Below, in pieces: positions 20,174 to 29,233 of a stretch of DNA of 64,000 bases. Numbering within the stretch: the stretch's first letter is position 1; each line of letters begins with the position of its first letter. The DNA is taken from the NCBI GenBank assembly GCA_041650915.1, contig JBAZKE010000006.1:8961-72960 (forward strand), in the 5' to 3' direction. Made by a program: the position numbers and the translations under genes. The notes under the pieces are model-generated. The model had not been told where the DNA came from. It did not search any database and saw nothing but the letters and a program-made list of their open reading frames with translations. The stretch comes from Patescibacteria group bacterium (lineage in GTDB: Bacteria > Patescibacteriota > Patescibacteriia > UBA10025 > JAHIVO01).

Positions 20174-20614
20174 ATGGCGTTCACATATAATTCCGGCCTG
20201 TTCCTCTTGGCCGACGAAACCACGGGCGTACGATGGAATGACCCGGCTGCTGTATTCCACATGGCGCTCGTGACGGCCGCGTATGTATTTGACCCCACCC
20301 ATACTGTTTACGGGGACCTAAGTGCGGAGATTACAAACATATCTTATGTCGCGGGTGGTAATGCCATCACTACTCGCACATGTATAAAAGACAATATAAA
20401 TGATCGCATAATCTTTGATGGTGATGACGTAACCTACGTCGCGTTGGCCGCTGGTGACCTTCCGGCAGCCGGCGTGATCTATTTAAATTCCGTCGGACAG
20501 CCCAAAACCCTCGTCAGTTATAATGCCATCACGGTGCCGATCATGCCGAGCGGTGGAGCGTTCACCATCATGGCAAATGCCACTACAGGGTATTTTATTA
20601 TCTCAAATCTGTAG
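20174..20614 (+). CDS. virion structural protein
   Basis: GAGG RBS; E..N..Y.AGG and FD.DDVT pattern typical of phage tail-associated proteins. Confidence 0.55.
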   Translation: MAFTYNSGLFLLADETTGVRWNDPAAVFHMALVTAAYVFDPTHTVYGDLSAEITNISYVAGGNAITTRTCIKDNINDRIIFDGDDVTYVALAAGDLPAAGVIYLNSVGQPKTLVSYNAITVPIMPSGGAFTIMANATTGYFIISNL

Positions 20615-20620
20615 TGCAGT

Positions 20621-21169
20621 ATGGCCGATTATGCCCTGACGGATCTCAGTTGGTACCGCTATCTGCAGGACGTCCAGGCTCCGGTTTCTTCTGCTTCGGC
20701 CAACGCCGAGGCTCAAGATGTTACCGTTCAGGTCGACCTGTCGGTTCTGGTTTCTTCTGCTTCGGCCAATGCCGAGGCCCAGAACGTCACGGTCACAGGT
20801 GGGGCACCGCCGGTTGTCAATCGTCGTGTCTTGGTCGCGACGGCCTCGGCCAATTGGTCGGCGCAGAGCGTCACGGCAGTCGAGCAGGGCTACTGGGTCA
20901 CGACCTTCTGGGCTGCGGTCCAGACCACCACGGACCTGGCCAGCATCGAGAACATCGCGTCCACGTCTCTACAGGGCGCAGGAGTTTTCAGCACCGACTT
21001 GGCGTCGTGGAGCAGCAGTACTGACCTTATGTCTGCCGCGGGCGACGACATCACGTTGACCTTGGGATTGCCGGCCAGAACTGATTTTTGGTCGTCAGCC
21101 CTGCACGAAACTGAGTTCCTCGGTTTGGCCATCAGGACCGACTTCTTCTCCACCCCAACCCCGCTGTAA
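20621..21169 (+). CDS. structural protein with VSSASANAEAQ[DN]VTV repeats
   Basis: Near-identical repeats at 20684 and 20750 plus a degenerate third copy. Confidence 0.55.
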   Translation: MADYALTDLSWYRYLQDVQAPVSSASANAEAQDVTVQVDLSVLVSSASANAEAQNVTVTGGAPPVVNRRVLVATASANWSAQSVTAVEQGYWVTTFWAAVQTTTDLASIENIASTSLQGAGVFSTDLASWSSSTDLMSAAGDDITLTLGLPARTDFWSSALHETEFLGLAIRTDFFSTPTPL

Positions 21170-21179
21170 AATGTGAAAC

Positions 21180-21533
21180 ATGGCCTATGCAACGTCCATC
21201 ACGATGTATCGAAATCGCAACCACACCGTCAGGGTAACGGTGGACCTCACGACCTTGGTGTCGATCCAGAACGCCACCGTGCGGTTTTCAGTTCGGCGCG
21301 GGGCCGTGACGGAAAACGGCGCCATCGTGATCAACAAAACAAATCTTCCCAGTATTGTGCTGGGTGCTGAAGTCATCTTGCCCGACACCGTCGAGTTCTA
21401 CCTGCAGCCCAGCGATACCTCAGGGTTGACAGCAGGAAATTACACGGCTGACGCGACCATCACGACGACGCTCGGTACCTTCCAACTCTTGGCGCCCTTG
21501 GCCCTGACGCTCATGGAGCCCGTGACACCGTAA
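21180..21533 (+). CDS. BppU-like/Ig-like small structural protein
   Basis: L.PSDTSGL.AGNY..D pattern. Confidence 0.5.
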   Translation: MAYATSITMYRNRNHTVRVTVDLTTLVSIQNATVRFSVRRGAVTENGAIVINKTNLPSIVLGAEVILPDTVEFYLQPSDTSGLTAGNYTADATITTTLGTFQLLAPLALTLMEPVTP

Positions 21534-22639
21534 TGGCCGATTTCAACGATCTCGACCTGACGCAATACACCCCGGCAGAATCGGATGACATCCGCGAAGC
21601 CGATTTGGATTTGGTACTGCTCATGATGTCGAGTGACGCCGACGCGCCTGGGCAGATTAATATGGACAACATCACGACCGGAACCGATCTGGGGTCTGAC
21701 ATGGCTGTTTGGGCTACTCTGCGTAATCGAGTTTTGACCGATGCCGTCAGCACGACCAACCGCGCCTGTCAATTCCTGGCGTTTGTTGATGAGCATTTGG
21801 TCACGACGGCCGGCTGGACTCGTGTCGGTAGTGGTGGCGGAACTGCCAGTGGTCTCTACGGATGGGGCGCCGCAAAGGTCCTGCCGGCCTTTGCGGCTTC
21901 CCCTGGGTTAATGAAAACCCTGGCCTGGGGCCTCTATCAGAACGCCAGTGGTGCTCAGGTACTGTTCAGCCTGTCAACCGCCTACTGTAAGATCCAACTG
22001 GCCCCTCAAGGCGGGTTTGCCGCCGGGGCGTCCGATGAAGACACACTGCCAACGGCACCGGCCGAAAATCTCGTCCTGACTACCACCACGACTTACACGA
22101 ATGTGGGCGCTAATCTCAATCAAGTGTTCACGTTTGCCTATACTGCGGACCATAATTCATTTATATTTTTCGGCAAATTTGGCGCCGTCGACAACCTTGC
22201 GTATGCGATCGTGAAACTTGAGGATTACAAAACCGGCGATACCCGACCTTACTGGGCCTATTGCAATGCCAGGTCTGACGCCGATAATTGGTCATTACTG
22301 TTGATGTCATCCACGCCCATAACCGACAGCATGATCGGCTGGCACCCCACGACCGGCAAACAGGTCTACTCGATCTTGAACCCCGTGACCAACTCAGCCG
22401 ATGTGTTTCTGAACATGCCGGTTGACCCAGTCAGCGGATACCACCAAAAACTAGAATGTTTGCTGGGCTGTACGACCGCGGGCTCAATTCACTTGCGTGG
22501 CAAGATACCCGGAGTCTACCGAGTGTCCAGCGCCTTGGCAACCGGCGACAAGCTCAGCCTGTCCGGCGGCGTGTATGAGCAGGTGGTGATCGGTGATTAT
22601 GCGGTTCCGTGGATGAGTTCCGACGCGATGACGTGGTAA
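21533..22639 (+). CDS. putative tail fibre/baseplate-associated protein
   Basis: HLVT.AGWT near N-terminus, LRG..PG near C-terminus; TAATG coupling. Confidence 0.5.
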   Translation: MADFNDLDLTQYTPAESDDIREADLDLVLLMMSSDADAPGQINMDNITTGTDLGSDMAVWATLRNRVLTDAVSTTNRACQFLAFVDEHLVTTAGWTRVGSGGGTASGLYGWGAAKVLPAFAASPGLMKTLAWGLYQNASGAQVLFSLSTAYCKIQLAPQGGFAAGASDEDTLPTAPAENLVLTTTTTYTNVGANLNQVFTFAYTADHNSFIFFGKFGAVDNLAYAIVKLEDYKTGDTRPYWAYCNARSDADNWSLLLMSSTPITDSMIGWHPTTGKQVYSILNPVTNSADVFLNMPVDPVSGYHQKLECLLGCTTAGSIHLRGKIPGVYRVSSALATGDKLSLSGGVYEQVVIGDYAVPWMSSDAMTW

Positions 22640-22643
22640 TATC

Positions 22644-23387
22644 ATGACCAGATATTTAGTCTACCGAAATGCTGTTTATCGCATCGCTTCCATGCCGTTG
22701 CAAGTTTTGCAGTTGGGCCCTGGCCAGAAATTCGATCCTGATTTCAAGACTTCCTGCACGCCTCCTTGGCAGGTTAACCCCTTCAATTACAAGCCGCTGT
22801 GCAGCAGCGGTAATCAACAACCGCTCTGGACCTCATCATACGACTACGAGGCAAAAAGTACTGAATGGCTAAGGTACTGCGCTCGCGGCTATGAAGACGA
22901 CATTGGGGAACAGGCCGTCATTTTTGAAGTGTCACCGTCTGCACGTGTGATGCATATTTTGAACGAAGACGACTTTGAAACAGCTTTAGGTCTATATCCT
23001 GGTGAGCCTTCCAACGACATGAAACGCATGGGAATGGGCCGACCTTTAGATTGGAACGCTGTCGCGCAGGAGTACGATGGATTTCATGTAGGGCGCGAAG
23101 CAATTTCTACTTCAGAACTTCGGGAGTGGAGCGTCGAATCGACCGTATGGTTTAACCCGAAAGTCTTGACGGTAAAGCAAATAGTTGACATCCAACATTA
23201 CTGTGACGCCGCTGGACACGGTCGTAGTTTGTCCCCACAAGAGCGTAAAGACATCAAGCAACAAAAAGAACAAACAGAAGAGTCTTTCGGGGAAAAACTT
23301 GACCAGTGGCTCGAGCACAGGACTGGGCCACAACCACAGCCGCCCCATGACCAGTACAGGTTCCGTTACGAAATACCCCGGCCATAG
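22644..23387 (+). CDS. tagged uncharacterised enzyme-like protein
   Basis: N-terminal YLVYRNAVYRIA tag; LWTS, DW..VA..YDG.H, W.VES.VWFNP motifs. Confidence 0.65.
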   Translation: MTRYLVYRNAVYRIASMPLQVLQLGPGQKFDPDFKTSCTPPWQVNPFNYKPLCSSGNQQPLWTSSYDYEAKSTEWLRYCARGYEDDIGEQAVIFEVSPSARVMHILNEDDFETALGLYPGEPSNDMKRMGMGRPLDWNAVAQEYDGFHVGREAISTSELREWSVESTVWFNPKVLTVKQIVDIQHYCDAAGHGRSLSPQERKDIKQQKEQTEESFGEKLDQWLEHRTGPQPQPPHDQYRFRYEIPRP

Positions 23388-23403
23388 CAGCAAGGAAAAT
23401 TCA

Positions 23404-24460
23404 ATGCCGACAAAACTGCAATACCGTGGTCATGTTTACCGGCAAGCCAACCCCTGAATGGTGGGGACAGGACCAAGATCATCACTACACGCAGCCCGCA
23501 GATCCCGAGACTGAAATCCCGGTGGCAGATCTGCTGCGGGAATTCGACGAGATGATCGAGATCGCGTGCCGAGACGGCACCTGGAATGTTGATCCATATC
23601 TCTTCGGCATGGCCAATGGCATGATTTTCATGCGGTCAATAGTCAGCGGCGAAGAACCTCAGTATTTGGAGGCGCCGGCCGAGTGGTCGGGCGAGTCCAG
23701 TGGGGTAGAGGCAGAATCGGATAAGCGTTCACTTGCGCGGGGTGAAACTACACGTTACGTTACCCGTGACTATCTTCGCCAATATGTAGAGTCTACCGGT
23801 GTCGATTTGGACGACATAAAGCGTCATTATGGCCTCGGACAACATTCGGCCAGTGCCCAGTACCGACGGGGTTTTGTCGACGGGCAGGATTTCGGGCATG
23901 CTATTTTAGACGACGCGGCCCAACTTGAGCATGGTACCACAGCACTACAACGTGATGTCGACCGATTAGGCTGGGACGGGGCCGTTGAGCACCAGCAAGA
24001 TTTAGGCGACGCGGCCCAGCAACGTCTGGACCCCAATGCCATCAGCAAAACCATGTGGCAAATGGGCGTGCGGGATGCCAAACTGCTCGGCCCAGGGCTT
24101 ATAACAGTCGAAGAGGCGAAAGCTAGGGCGGCCAGAAGTGTCGCCAGCACTAAACAAGAAATATTGGCAACCCTGACCTCCAAGTTTAATTTCGGCGAAC
24201 CCAACGAATTTGACACACAAATCAGCACCGAAGCGGCCTACGCGCAGGAGCAGGACGCCATGGTGGCGTGGACAGCAGTCCGGCAGTACATCGATTCCGT
24301 GCTGCGGCAGCTCCTTCCCGTCACCACGACCGAAACAGATTTCGGCATGGCCCAAACCATCCTTGGTCTCATTGAGGTGGCGTCACATGTCGGTCGTGTG
24401 CGTTGCCGATGCTCAGATCCTTGGCGACTGCATGTCGGCATCACGACGCTCGCCAAATAG
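23404..24460 (+). CDS. tagged protein split by a +1 frame change at CCC-TGA (23452-23457)
   Basis: AAGGA RBS and ATG 23404 (MPTKLQYRGHVYRQANP*); the +1 frame is open to 24460. Confidence 0.55.
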
Positions 24461-24482
24461 TCTGCCACACACCTGCTTTGCC

Positions 24483-24596
24483 ATGTCGTACTCCTCAGAT
24501 CCAAACGATCGACTGAGAAATATTTTAGCAATAATTTTATTGCTTTACCTAGTTTATTGGTTCTGGAGTTACTTCCCGAAGCACCAATCACGTTAA
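24483..24596 (+). CDS. possible small membrane protein
   Basis: MSYSSDPNDRLRNILAIILLLYLVYWFWSYF, a single hydrophobic helix. Confidence 0.35.
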   Translation: MSYSSDPNDRLRNILAIILLLYLVYWFWSYFPKHQSR

Positions 24597-24717
24597 TTTT
24601 GGGTATACGACGAGTACACGAAACAATTCGGGCAAGCAGATCCCACGGCTCCGCTGGTCAAATACCTTCAGACTCTCAAATCGTTCGAGAAGTAACAACT
24701 GCAGCACACTTTTCCGC

Positions 24718-24746
24718 TTGACATTCCCACCGTTCCCTGCTATGTT
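24718..24746 (+). promoter_or_regulatory. sigma70-type promoter, leaderless transcript
   Basis: TTGACA-17nt-TATGTT with extended -10 TG; ATG 6 nt downstream. Confidence 0.75.
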
Positions 24747-24752
24747 GCTAGT

Positions 24753-25226
24753 ATGCCAGCCAAATCCTACTACGCATTTGCCTTTGGCAAAGCCGATTTC
24801 GAAAACAATATTTTAGTTCCTCTGAGTGCTGCGTTCCGTCATTTCTGCATGGCAGAATGGTGTAAAGCGCTCGGCACTACACACAAGTTTTTCGATCACT
24901 GGTCGGCAGAAGTCGACAATCTCACCGACACTTACCTGGAAGCTGTCGTGCAGCCAACGACGCTGCAGCCGGCTGGCAGAATTAAAGTTTATCTCCGCGT
25001 AGTTGCCCGGCTGCGCGATCAAGACGAGCACTTGCAGAACCTGGCGTTCCAGCACTATTGCAAGTCATTTCCAGAACAGCATCCGAAAACTACACGGCTG
25101 CCCAAAGTCGTGATCGACGCATTCTGGCACGACATCCATCTCCGCACCAAAGCTGCACTCGTCGACACCCGGCAGACAGGGCGCATTTGGCTATTCGAGT
25201 CTGTTTTCAGCCCGATTTCCGCTTGA
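24753..25226 (+). CDS. hypothetical helical protein, paralog A
   Basis: Paralogous to 25258..25737 (FAF.K...EN..LVPL.AAFRH, DHW.AEV.NL, W.FESVF.PI.A). Confidence 0.75.
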   Translation: MPAKSYYAFAFGKADFENNILVPLSAAFRHFCMAEWCKALGTTHKFFDHWSAEVDNLTDTYLEAVVQPTTLQPAGRIKVYLRVVARLRDQDEHLQNLAFQHYCKSFPEQHPKTTRLPKVVIDAFWHDIHLRTKAALVDTRQTGRIWLFESVFSPISA

Positions 25227-25251
25227 CATTCCCACCGTTCTCTGCTACTCT
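25223..25251 (+). promoter_or_regulatory. sigma70-type promoter, leaderless transcript (duplicate of 24718)
   Basis: TTGACA-17nt-TACTCT; spacer differs from the 24718 copy at one base; ATG 6 nt downstream. Confidence 0.75.
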
Positions 25252-25257
25252 GGCTAT

Positions 25258-25737
25258 ATGACTACTGTATGCCGTATTGGCTTCGCATTCTCAAAAACTG
25301 AACTCGAGAACCAGATGTTGGTCCCGCTGCGCGCCGCATTCCGCCACTATTGTTTGGTCGCGTGGTGTCGGCTACAGGGCACCACATATCAGTACTACGA
25401 CCACTGGCAGGCGGAGGTTGTGAATCTTACTGCAGCGTTTTTCGATGCGCTGACGACGCCTTCAACACTTAAACCTGCCGGTAGAATTAGAGCATACGAG
25501 CACGTCGTCGCAGGAATCCGAGATAATACGATTGTGTTCGAGGAAGCAGCACGCGACCACTATTTGGACGCCTTTCCCGAGCAAGAAGACAAGATTAAGA
25601 ACAAGCGTTTGGACAAAGCTACATTGGATAAATTCTGGATTTTATTGAACGCGCGTGCGAAAAAGAACCTCGTCGCGAACAAACTCGTGGGCAAACGCTG
25701 GCAGTTCGAATCAGTTTTTGGTCCTATCGACGCTTAG
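25258..25737 (+). CDS. hypothetical helical protein, paralog B
   Basis: See paralog A. Confidence 0.75.
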   Translation: MTTVCRIGFAFSKTELENQMLVPLRAAFRHYCLVAWCRLQGTTYQYYDHWQAEVVNLTAAFFDALTTPSTLKPAGRIRAYEHVVAGIRDNTIVFEEAARDHYLDAFPEQEDKIKNKRLDKATLDKFWILLNARAKKNLVANKLVGKRWQFESVFGPIDA

Positions 25738-25842
25738 TTTCTTGCTAGCCGATTTTTCCTACCCTACAACCACGCCACTTTCCCACGTCTCCTGCATAAA
25801 AATGGCTCCGGCTGCCCTTTTCCCGTGACACAGCAGTAAAAG

Positions 25843-25860
25843 CACGTTATACTTTAGTAA
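25843..25860 (+). promoter_or_regulatory. putative phage late promoter
   Basis: CACGTTATACTTTAGTAA. Confidence 0.6.
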
Positions 25861-25878
25861 CCACCGCGGTGATTCCCC

Positions 25879-27468
25879 GTGGTTACTACCAAAGGACGCC
25901 TCATGCTGTGGAATAAAGCCAAGTTTGATTTCGCCGTCACGACGCTTAAATCCCATACTTCCATTGAAAGCGTCTGCGCCATTCTTTCCAAGAGGTGGAG
26001 AGAAACCATCTCACCAAACGCACTGCGCCGCGCGTTTCGCCGCGAAAAGCTCAAGCAGCCCCAGAGCTACTTGAAAAACGAAAAGTCCTTGGGACCTGAA
26101 TGCCAGGGCAAGGTTGCGAAAAAGAATTTTGTTGTCTGGGATGCCGGCGTAATCAAAACTACAATCGAAGTGTTGAAGCGCCACGGCACATTGGCACCGG
26201 CTTGTGCGGAATTAGCCGAATTGTTCAAGCTACCGGTGAACAAATACTCCATGGCGCGGGGCTTCCAGCGCCTGGGGCTAAAGCCTCCAGCGAGTTTCTT
26301 AGATCCGCACAAAAACATTGAAGCTCGGCACGAACAAGCCCGCCGAGCCGGAAATGCGTTCGCCCGAAACGTCGAGGCGAAGAAACTGGGGACCAGAGCG
26401 GGGATCGGGAAGATTGAGATGCCGGAGTGGACCCTTGGTGAAGACGAAGAAGGCCGAGCGGTTAAGCCGCCAAAAATTGGCTTAAACCTAGACGAAGGGC
26501 AACGCCGATTATTCCTAAGCACAGTACAACGAGGGCCTAGAACGATCAATGAACTAGCAGACCAGTTTGACGTTTCGCCCAAAACCATTAGAAGTATTTT
26601 TGAATCACTACAAGGTCAAGGGTATACACTAGCCCTAGAGCACGATCAGGTTATAAGTTTTAACTCTAACGCAGAAAACAGCATAGAAAACGCGAAAGAA
26701 ATTCCAGACTACGCCGGAGAGGACGGAGTTTTCTGTTTCGGCGCTGTGGCTGATACACATTTTGGCTCCAAATATTGTGACGAGCAAGCGTTTAAAGATT
26801 ACGTTGATTACGCCTACTCACTAGGTGTTAGAACTATACTGCACGCAGGCGACTTGATGACTGGTTTGCTTAACCACCACGGTATGTCATACGAGGTAAA
26901 ATTATTAGGTTTTGACGAGCAGGTAGAGCATACCCTCAACTCTCTACCGCAGAGAGAAAGTCTATCTTATTGGTATATTATCGGGAACCACGAGCAAAAT
27001 TCCTGGGCAAAATCAATAGGTTACTCGCCTGGACGCGCCTTAGAGCGCCGCGCCCGCGAGCTAGGACGCACCGATATACACTATATAGGTGATATACAAG
27101 GCAGAGTGGTATTCGGACAAGAAGAACAAGCTATTAAGGTCGAGCTGGCGCACCCCAAAGTCAGCGGAAGCACATATGCAATTTCATATCCGGTACAAAA
27201 ATGGGTAGAACGCATGCCTGGAGGGGCAAAGCCGCATATACTTTTGTCAGGCCATCTTCACAACTACTCTATCATAAATACACGAAATGTAGTTTGTATC
27301 CAGCCAGGGTGCTTTGAGCATTCCACTCCATACACTAAAGAAATGGGCTTGCACCCCGCCGTTGGAGGAGTTATTGTTTGGGCTAAGCGAGACGGCGTAA
27401 ACTTATGGCTTCGTAGTGAGTGGGTAGCAACCCGCACCAAACCTGTAGACTGGACCCAGATCGAATGA
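25879..27468 (+). CDS. HTH-containing calcineurin-like metallophosphoesterase
   Basis: ADTHFG, HAGDL, GNHE, AHP, SGHLH motifs; INELADQFDVSPKTIR HTH; duplicated N-terminal module. Confidence 0.85.
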   Translation: MVTTKGRLMLWNKAKFDFAVTTLKSHTSIESVCAILSKRWRETISPNALRRAFRREKLKQPQSYLKNEKSLGPECQGKVAKKNFVVWDAGVIKTTIEVLKRHGTLAPACAELAELFKLPVNKYSMARGFQRLGLKPPASFLDPHKNIEARHEQARRAGNAFARNVEAKKLGTRAGIGKIEMPEWTLGEDEEGRAVKPPKIGLNLDEGQRRLFLSTVQRGPRTINELADQFDVSPKTIRSIFESLQGQGYTLALEHDQVISFNSNAENSIENAKEIPDYAGEDGVFCFGAVADTHFGSKYCDEQAFKDYVDYAYSLGVRTILHAGDLMTGLLNHHGMSYEVKLLGFDEQVEHTLNSLPQRESLSYWYIIGNHEQNSWAKSIGYSPGRALERRARELGRTDIHYIGDIQGRVVFGQEEQAIKVELAHPKVSGSTYAISYPVQKWVERMPGGAKPHILLSGHLHNYSIINTRNVVCIQPGCFEHSTPYTKEMGLHPAVGGVIVWAKRDGVNLWLRSEWVATRTKPVDWTQIE

Positions 27469-27482
27469 CTCGCGGGTGACTT

Positions 27483-28241
27483 ATGTTGCTTTCGGGCGTG
27501 TACAAGATTCAAAATACAGTTAATGGCAAACAGTACATAGGTAGTTCTGTGAATATACGAGAACGCTGGCAAGACCACGAAAGAAACCTGCGTGCCGGTA
27601 CGCACGCTAACGCCAGGCTGCAACACGCCTGGAATAAATATGGGGCAGACGCGTTTATATTTTCTATCATAGAGCTAGTCTCTCCAACCAAAGATGCTTT
27701 AATTGCACGCGAGCAAGCGTGGATAGATTTGCACAATACTGCTCATCGGGATGTTGGGTACAATATAAGTCCGACGGCAGGATCTTCTCTGGGCACCAAA
27801 TTTTCTGCGGAAACTTGTGCGCGCATGAGTAAAGCACAAAAGGGCAAAGTGCTCACGGAAGAGCACAAAAGAAAGATAGGCGCAGCGGCAAAAGGCAGAA
27901 AAGCGTCGGACGAAACTAAAATAAAGATTGGAAACGGTAGTCGAGGCAGAAAGCACACAGAGGAATGTAAAGCTAGAATCGGAGCTGCGTCCGCTGCTTG
28001 GACACGTGGGCCTGTATCGGACGAGACGCGCGCCAAACAAAGTGTAACGCGAAGAGCGAAACGATTGGGACATGGCGCCTCTAATGGCAGGGCAAAATTA
28101 ACAGAAGAACAAGTGATTGAGATCCGCAGACTTTACGCCACACGCGAATACACCAACGTTCAAATAGCGCAGCTTTTTGGCGTGTGCAAATCCACCATAG
28201 GCAGGATAGTACAGGGTAAACACTGGATTTTTGTAGCTTAA
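27483..28241 (+). CDS. GIY-YIG homing endonuclease with NUMOD3 repeats and C-terminal HTH
   Basis: SGVYKI...QYIGSS...R; TEEHKRKIG-type repeats; AKLTEEQVIEIR HTH. Confidence 0.9.
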   Translation: MLLSGVYKIQNTVNGKQYIGSSVNIRERWQDHERNLRAGTHANARLQHAWNKYGADAFIFSIIELVSPTKDALIAREQAWIDLHNTAHRDVGYNISPTAGSSLGTKFSAETCARMSKAQKGKVLTEEHKRKIGAAAKGRKASDETKIKIGNGSRGRKHTEECKARIGAASAAWTRGPVSDETRAKQSVTRRAKRLGHGASNGRAKLTEEQVIEIRRLYATREYTNVQIAQLFGVCKSTIGRIVQGKHWIFVA

Positions 28242-28391
28242 AATTGTGCGGTATTAATTAATGCACGCTGGCAAGATAAAGTATCGAATTCTTTCATTCA
28301 TAATTTAAACTTTTATGCCTTCCTTTTGTGCTCCATGCCAGTAAATTTTGTAAAACAATAGGGAAGAATTTACCTGCTTCCACGGTAGACT

Positions 28392-28745
28392 ATGCTCGTC
28401 GACCTCCTCCACGACTTATTCCTAGATCTTGACGATATGGAATTTTTCCTTGACGCCTATTCCAATGACTACGAAGAGACGCTAGCTAAAATAGAACTAT
28501 GTGAAACTACACGCGAATTAATTTATTTACTTCAGCGCTATCCTGTTTTGGTCGTAGCGTGCATTGCACACCTCGAAGTAATTCTAGCGCGACCCTACGA
28601 TGAAACCGCGCAAGATCTTCCTTGTCTTGTGCTCCTCCATGTGCTATATAAAGTGCAGAGCGCAGCGCTGGAGCCTGCAGTAAAACTGTTTGTAGGAAAA
28701 CAACACCGCCACGCTGACCGCTTTATCGCCGATCTCGGCTATTGA
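28392..28745 (+). CDS. hypothetical protein
   Basis: 117-aa ORF. Confidence 0.55.
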   Translation: MLVDLLHDLFLDLDDMEFFLDAYSNDYEETLAKIELCETTRELIYLLQRYPVLVVACIAHLEVILARPYDETAQDLPCLVLLHVLYKVQSAALEPAVKLFVGKQHRHADRFIADLGY

Positions 28746-28752
28746 GGTAAAC

Positions 28753-29103
28753 TTGGATTTCATCAAGCTGGCAAACGAGATCGGCGAACTCGTACAAGAG
28801 AAGAACCAAGTCTACGGCGATTCGTTCGCGCGTGCTGGTGAAATTCTGAAAATTCTATACCCCAGGGGTATTGAACCTTCGCAGTACAGAGATGTCCTGG
28901 CTATCACGCGCATCCTGGACAAGTTGTTTCGCATCGCTACAGCTCGTGATGCCCTGGGCGAATCCCCGTACCGAGATCTCATGGGCTACGCCCTCTTGGG
29001 TCTCGCGAACGCCGAAGCAAAACAAGAGACAACCACACCTGCGGAACAATTTAAACGCGACCTTGCCGACGTAAGACAGCAACGTAAAAAGCCCGCCATT
29101 TAG
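28753..29103 (+). CDS. nucleotide-modification-associated (DUF1599/Nmad1-like) protein
   Basis: KN..YGDSF, RI.DKL.R, E..Y.DL.GY motifs. Confidence 0.65.
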   Translation: MDFIKLANEIGELVQEKNQVYGDSFARAGEILKILYPRGIEPSQYRDVLAITRILDKLFRIATARDALGESPYRDLMGYALLGLANAEAKQETTTPAEQFKRDLADVRQQRKKPAI

Positions 29104-29161
29104 CTGTTTTGACCACTTTTATACCTACCTGAAAAAATCGACATTCCCGATTAATTTTTTC

Positions 29162-29190
29162 TTGACTTCATAAATAATCTGTTCTATAGT
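29162..29190 (+). promoter_or_regulatory. sigma70-type promoter
   Basis: TTGACT-17nt-TATAGT. Confidence 0.75.
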
Positions 29191-29233
29191 GACGTCATAC
29201 ACAATTCGCGCGCTTTTCTGCGCTTGGAGCATC

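Noticed and set aside
20684-20795. Direct DNA repeat as a mobile or regulatory element
   Set aside because: It is an in-frame coding repeat (VSSASANAEAQ.VTV) within a structural protein.
16949-22639. Diversity-generating retroelement targeting the fibre genes
   Set aside because: No reverse transcriptase and no template/variable repeat pair visible in this window.
24589-24606. CACGTTAATTTTGGGTAT as a late promoter
   Set aside because: The 3' half matches poorly, it overlaps the end of a small ORF, and no gene start follows closely.
24483-24695. Stop readthrough or pseudogene: the frame continues FWVYDEY...FEK after the TAA at 24594-24596
   Set aside because: Only about 30 codons; compatible with chance and unsupported without homologs.
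27483-28241. Group I intron hosting the GIY-YIG gene (likewise for the HNH genes)
   Set aside because: Flanking genes appear complete and there is little room for intron core structure upstream; treated as free-standing.
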